Shown one piece after another: positions 42,393 to 46,053 of a stretch of DNA of 46,053 nucleotides (within the stretch, counting starts at the first letter, position 1; every line of letters starts with the position of its first letter). The notes beneath the pieces are model-generated. The model ran no database searches. It was not told the DNA's origin and saw nothing but the letters and a program-made list of their open reading frames with translations. The DNA lies in the IMG/VR virus record IMGVR_UViG_3300010231_000013, positions 1 to 46,053 of that record, one strand, 5' to 3'. The stretch is from a virus. The position numbers were made by a program, and so were the translations under genes.

Positions 42393-43067
42393 TCACCCCG
42401 CCGCCATGAGGCGCACCGGTTCCGGCACGTCTGAATTGTCTGGATCGTACTTGGCTTTGAGCCGGTGAACCGTGTCGCGAAGCTCGTTCAGAAACTCGGT
42501 CACGTCCTTTTCAAGCGCGGCGATCATTTCCTCGTCGCGGTGGACGCGCTCAATGAAGATTTGCATGGATGGAGGAAAGTCGGGATTGAATGAGACAAAA
42601 TCCGTCCACGCCCGATCACAGCACCTCATTTGCCACTGCATCTGGGTCTGATATTTCCCTGGTATCGGCTCTCCCAAGAGTGTGGCGAGATGTTGAGCGG
42701 GCTGGGGTGACTTAATCTCCAGAAGCCCGTCACGCCCCACAAGGCCGTCCGGCGATGCGTGGGTGCCGCTAATGTTTGGGTGCCGTGCCAAGCCAATTTG
42801 CTCGACGGCAGAATTCGTCATGAATTCGTACATGGCGCGCGCTTGAGGCTCGCGCTCAATTCCGTCCTGCATAGCCCCCGTCTGAAAGATTTCGACCGGT
42901 TTGCCCGTCAACCGCTCGATAACGAGAGTTGCCATACGGTTGGCGCGTGAAGCGCCCCAGCCCGTCTTTGTTCTCGCTACTGCTTCATGGAGGACGGATG
43001 CGCCAAGGCTCCCACACCTAGCCATGCGCCATTCATCCGATCCTTGGATCAAATCTGAATTATCCAT
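42393..43067 (-). CDS. YqaJ-type viral recombinase exonuclease (lambda Exo-like, PD-(D/E)XK)
   Basis: QGSDEWRMARCG N-terminus. ASPDGLV...GLLEIKSP active-site-type motifs. Confidence 0.9.
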   Translation of the reverse strand: MDNSDLIQGSDEWRMARCGSLGASVLHEAVARTKTGWGASRANRMATLVIERLTGKPVEIFQTGAMQDGIEREPQARAMYEFMTNSAVEQIGLARHPNISGTHASPDGLVGRDGLLEIKSPQPAQHLATLLGEPIPGKYQTQMQWQMRCCDRAWTDFVSFNPDFPPSMQIFIERVHRDEEMIAALEKDVTEFLNELRDTVHRLKAKYDPDNSDVPEPVRLMAAG

Positions 43068-43554
43068 GCGGAACGTCCTTCACGATAAAACTGGCGTGTT
43101 GCTGAGAAATCCCGAATTCTGATGCGATCTCGCGAAGCAGCAGGCCATGTCGGCGCATTTCTGATGCGCGTGCGCGGTCAAGGCTTGTCAGTTTCGTTCC
43201 CGCGTTCCGATCACCAATGGCTGCCGTTCCGTGACGGCGCGCATCATCGTAATTCGCCGAACGAGTGTCCCATCGGAGATTGCTGAGTCGGTTGTTTGAT
43301 GGATTGCCGTCGCTATGGCACCCCTCCATGCCGGTGGGGCATGGACCTATGAACGCTTCGAGAACAAGCCGATGAACCCAAAGCCCTTTTCGCCGCCGAT
43401 CGTACAGATTGACTTTTTGGTAGCCGCGATGATCCGAGGAAAGCCGCAAAACGCCGCCTTGGCTCCCTTGCCTACGGCATGATCGAATTCTTCCATGATC
43501 GGATACTTCATATAGTCCCTCAAACTCTTTGATTGGACGCCATTCTTCGATCAC
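43060..43554 (-). CDS. Homing-type HNH endonuclease (NUMOD4 + HNH_3 + C-terminal HTH)
   Basis: WRPIKEFEGLYEVSDHGRIRS (NUMOD4). VHRLVLEAFIGPCP...CHSDGNPSNNRLSNLRWDT (HNH). Confidence 0.85.
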   Translation of the reverse strand: MIEEWRPIKEFEGLYEVSDHGRIRSCRRQGSQGGVLRLSSDHRGYQKVNLYDRRRKGLWVHRLVLEAFIGPCPTGMEGCHSDGNPSNNRLSNLRWDTRSANYDDARRHGTAAIGDRNAGTKLTSLDRARASEMRRHGLLLREIASEFGISQQHASFIVKDVPHG

Positions 43555-44339
43555 TTGCCCATCCTCCGCTTTTTGGCTGCGAAGGAATCTTCGATCCGCT
43601 GCATTTGGCTAGCCGGTATAGCGTCGATGCTTTCGGCTTCAAGCCAAGTCAGAAAGGCAGCCTCATCGGTTTCCGTCTCTTTGATGAGCGCGCGGATGTG
43701 GACAGCTTGTTCCTGGCTTATCTTTCCATCATCCACCGTTTGATCCGATTTCGACCCGTCATCATCATGAGAGACGGACAAGCCAAGCGCCAGCTTGAGC
43801 GTGTAGCGCTGTAGGTACGTCGTGGTGGATGCAATGGCCTGGAGGCTGTTTTTGCCGGCGCCGCTGTCCGGTGGGCCGGAAAGTGCGGTACGGGTCGAAT
43901 GACCGTCCACATGCTCAAGGATGCATGTGATGGTGATGGGCCGGTCAACGCCGTTGTCGCTCTCGAACCGGTAGGACAGCCCGTTCGCGGTCAGGATCGG
44001 CGTCACCTGTTCTTCGATCCCCGCCAAATCCTCATGGCGGTAATTGACGCGCGGCTTTCCTGACGGCGTGTAATCAACCTCTCGCGTCTTGATGATCGGG
44101 CGAAGCTCGGCCTTCGCCGCTGCTACCGCCTTGGTGAACGCCAGCTTCGCGTTGCGAGCCTCCTCGCGGTCGCGAAGGTCCATCATCTGCTTGAGAATTT
44201 CGGCGGAAACGCCCATTTCGAGCGCTCGGCCTACCATTTCCATCGGGGTCAGTGCCGGCGCATTGACCTTCTGGCGATGCTCGGCCAGATCAACTGGCTC
44301 ATCATGTTCGACGGTGAGCGCATTTGCGACGGTGTTCAT
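43551..44339 (-). CDS. erf: ERF-family single-strand annealing protein
   Basis: VNYRHEDLAGIEEQVTPILTANGLSYRF and GKNSLQAIASTTTYLQRYTLKLALGL are ERF-type motifs. Confidence 0.85.
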   Translation of the reverse strand: MNTVANALTVEHDEPVDLAEHRQKVNAPALTPMEMVGRALEMGVSAEILKQMMDLRDREEARNAKLAFTKAVAAAKAELRPIIKTREVDYTPSGKPRVNYRHEDLAGIEEQVTPILTANGLSYRFESDNGVDRPITITCILEHVDGHSTRTALSGPPDSGAGKNSLQAIASTTTYLQRYTLKLALGLSVSHDDDGSKSDQTVDDGKISQEQAVHIRALIKETETDEAAFLTWLEAESIDAIPASQMQRIEDSFAAKKRRMGK

Positions 44340-44352
44340 GTGTCAGTTCCTC

Positions 44353-44550
44353 TTACGCTGCGCTTCTGAGCGCGTTCGGATAGCGGTCGGCCAACTCGTC
44401 AAGCATCGCTGCCGTGACGATCCGGCAGGCTTCTTCTTCCGAAAAGCCGGCGTTACGGGTCAGCCGCTCATAGCGCTCGAAACGGCTTTCCCAGGCTGTA
44501 GGAGAGCGGGTGAGGCGAGCGGCTTCGATGCAGTCAGGAGCGGGGGTCAT
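44353..44550 (-). CDS. Hypothetical protein (65 aa)
   Basis: Track ORF. ATGA overlap upstream. Confidence 0.6.
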   Translation of the reverse strand: MTPAPDCIEAARLTRSPTAWESRFERYERLTRNAGFSEEEACRIVTAAMLDELADRYPNALRSAA

Positions 44551-44735
44551 GGCTTGACCTCAACGCACTGGAACACAGATGGCTTGCGGCAGGCGCAGAA
44601 GTCGTAGCCATAGTCGTCGTCATCGCCGTCGGTCGCCCAATCGTCCGACCAGCATTCCGGTTCTTCGCAGCCGTCACAGCCGCAACCTTCGAACATGTCG
44701 GAACCGCAGCAGAGATTTCCGCAGGCGTTGCACAT
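44547..44735 (-). CDS. Cys-rich, highly acidic microprotein (62 aa, 11 Cys)
   Basis: ATG 44735 with GGAGGG upstream. MCNACGNLCCGSDMFEGCGCDGCEEPECW... Confidence 0.55.
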   Translation of the reverse strand: MCNACGNLCCGSDMFEGCGCDGCEEPECWSDDWATDGDDDDYGYDFCACRKPSVFQCVEVKP

Positions 44736-44848
44736 CAGATCATCCCTCCAACAGCCCCCGCCACGATCATGGCGAGGATGAAAACAAAGGGGTGGCGGCC
44801 AAATACGTAGTTGGCGAGGGCAACGAGAAGGGTGTCGGAGGTGCGCAT
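44735..44848 (-). CDS. Candidate 37-aa membrane peptide
   Basis: Below the track cut-off. GAGG 7 nt upstream. TGATG overlap with the downstream gene. Confidence 0.4.
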   Translation of the reverse strand: MRTSDTLLVALANYVFGRHPFVFILAMIVAGAVGGMI

Positions 44849-44857
44849 GGCTCGACC

Positions 44858-45172
44858 TCAATCCGTGTAGAGGCAGATGACGCGATAGAAGTACTTGCCG
44901 TCGCCCAAGCTCTTGAAATCGTAGTGAGGGCGGAAAGCCTTCTCCATGGAGCATCCTGGAGTGCGATAGTCAGCCAGCCACTCGGACGAAGGAATGGCCT
45001 TGTAGATGCACTCCCGGCAGACGCGCTCGACCTGATCGGCGGGAAGATCGCTCGATACGTCGTATTCGTAATAACTGTCGCCATAGGCGCGCTTCTGACC
45101 CGAATGCGTGTTCTTGTATGTCACGCCGTCGATGGTCTTATGCTGGCGATCAATGTGCGCAGTGATGTTCAT
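44858..45172 (-). CDS. Hypothetical protein (104 aa)
   Basis: ATG 45172 with AAGGAG 7 nt upstream. ATGA overlap with the upstream stop. Confidence 0.65.
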   Translation of the reverse strand: MNITAHIDRQHKTIDGVTYKNTHSGQKRAYGDSYYEYDVSSDLPADQVERVCRECIYKAIPSSEWLADYRTPGCSMEKAFRPHYDFKSLGDGKYFYRVICLYTD

Positions 45173-45648
45173 GGGGTCTGCTCCTTCATCTGGTGGCTGG
45201 CGAGAGCGGCGGACGGGTCGCGTACAATCCATTCCGCCCAGAAATATCCATCGGGGAGCGCAGGGCCGATCAGAGCAACTTGCTCATCAACCGCGCCGAG
45301 CGTCGGACACCAGAAATCATCGACGCCATGAACGACAATGACGTGGTTCACATCGCGAGGCCCGCGACCTGTAATGATGACCGGAAGCCCGCCGCCACGC
45401 GAATACATGGCGTTGGCGACTTCCTTGAAATCGTCTCCAAGGACCGGGATATAAATCCGACGAAGCCCTTGCGGATGAAGCCATGCGTCGGTGAATACCT
45501 CATTCTCAGGGCCGGTCATTTCGTCATGAGAGTGGGGAACGCTGTCGCGCTCGACGCCAAGAACGCATGCGATTGCGGTACGGTAGCAATCGCCTTGAAT
45601 GCCCTTTGCCGGAGCGTGCATGAACGCCTGTTTCTGTCGGGTGAGCAT
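45169..45648 (-). CDS. Hypothetical protein with a papain-like Cys/His arrangement (159 aa)
   Basis: IQGDCYRTAIACVLG (Gln-x-x-Cys) and NHVIVVHGVDD (His...Asp) resemble C39-like cysteine peptidase motifs. From memory only. Confidence 0.6.
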   Translation of the reverse strand: MLTRQKQAFMHAPAKGIQGDCYRTAIACVLGVERDSVPHSHDEMTGPENEVFTDAWLHPQGLRRIYIPVLGDDFKEVANAMYSRGGGLPVIITGRGPRDVNHVIVVHGVDDFWCPTLGAVDEQVALIGPALPDGYFWAEWIVRDPSAALASHQMKEQTP

Positions 45649-45878
45649 CACGCTGCATCCTTGCTGGCGAGGCGCTTGCGGTTCTCGCGGTTGATCTTGT
45701 GGCGGAACCACTCGCGTTCGATCATTTCGGCGCGGATTTCGGCCAACTGTTCGTCGGTGAACCAGTCCAGCCCACGCCAGCGGCACATGACGCGATCCAA
45801 GGCGAGATCGAACGTGTTGCCGGCGCTTAGGCTGTAGCTGTTCAGCTTGATCTGATGTTCGTGTCGTGCGCGGTCCAT
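45648..45878 (-). CDS. Hypothetical protein (76 aa)
   Basis: Track ORF with a 1-nt overlap to the downstream gene. Confidence 0.65.
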   Translation of the reverse strand: MDRARHEHQIKLNSYSLSAGNTFDLALDRVMCRWRGLDWFTDEQLAEIRAEMIEREWFRHKINRENRKRLASKDAA

Positions 45879-45900
45879 CGGTCTTGTCCTCGTTGTGTGT

Positions 45901-46053
45901 TCAGGCGGCGGGCGTCAGAGCAGCAAGGACGCCATCGCGGATTTCCTGAAATGCGGCGTACCATGCGGCGGACTCTGCGGCGGACTCTGCGGAGGACCAT
46001 GCGGCGGACCGTGCGGCGGACCGTGCGGCGGACCGTGCGGCGGACTCTGCGGC
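45901..46053 (-). CDS. Repeat-tailed protein copy A, C-terminal part (stop at 45901-45903). The same gene as 1..700 across the circular junction.
   Basis: The tail AFQEIRDGVLAALTPAA is homologous to the copy B tail. Repeat units 45953-46053 continue into nt 56 onward. Confidence 0.75.
   Translation of the reverse strand, partial: AAESAARSAARSAARSAAWSSAESAAESAAWYAAFQEIRDGVLAALTPAA

Overview
The window is one complete temperate bacteriophage genome, not a chromosomal segment. Nt 1-55 are identical to nt 45999-46053, which looks like an assembler k-mer overlap. The unique length is therefore about 45,998 bp and the map is circular. Read as a circle, the gene order is lambdoid:
- attP, which carries a 44-nt 5' fragment of tRNA-Thr(GGU)
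- int and an xis-like gene
- a long minus-strand early-left operon with ERF annealase, YqaJ-type exonuclease, two HNH nucleases and many small ORFs
- two tandem paralogous genes ending in 12-bp microsatellite arrays; the window is opened inside one of these arrays
- a leftward promoter/operator, an S24/LexA-like CI repressor, and a rightward promoter/operator
- cro-like gene, GapR-like protein, GcrA-like HTH protein, C5-MTase-like protein, Dam-type MTase, RusA, DUF1376-like protein and a DnaA-domain-IV protein
- a terminator, then a small-gene cluster
- TerS and TerL, a T7-type portal, scaffold, major capsid, adaptor, nozzle, internal virion proteins (one with a lambda-R-like transglycosylase) and a beta-helix tailspike
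- a GT-C membrane glycosyltransferase
- holin, SAR endolysin and overlapping spanins
- a small leftward accessory cassette, then back to attP

GC is roughly 60 percent by eye. GapR- and GcrA-like genes point to an alphaproteobacterial host, probably Hyphomicrobiales; this is inference.

The most unusual element is the tandem gene pair at 45901..46053/1..700 and 723..1388. The two N-domains are identical at DNA level. The C-termini are in-frame arrays of 23 and 12 twelve-bp units encoding [R/E/W/G][S/Y]AA tetrapeptides. The last 17 codons differ almost only at synonymous sites.

Other points worth a second look:
- the reversed polarity of the tRNA fragment in attP
- a reverse-strand membrane moron inside the virion operon
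- a GT-C glycosyltransferase with no GtrA/GtrB partners
- a 530-bp region with no resolvable coding frame and strong hairpins
- a minimal C5-methyltransferase-like protein

All functional calls rest on motif recognition from memory, gene order, RBS and overlap patterns, and hand-checked third-position GC. No database search was possible.
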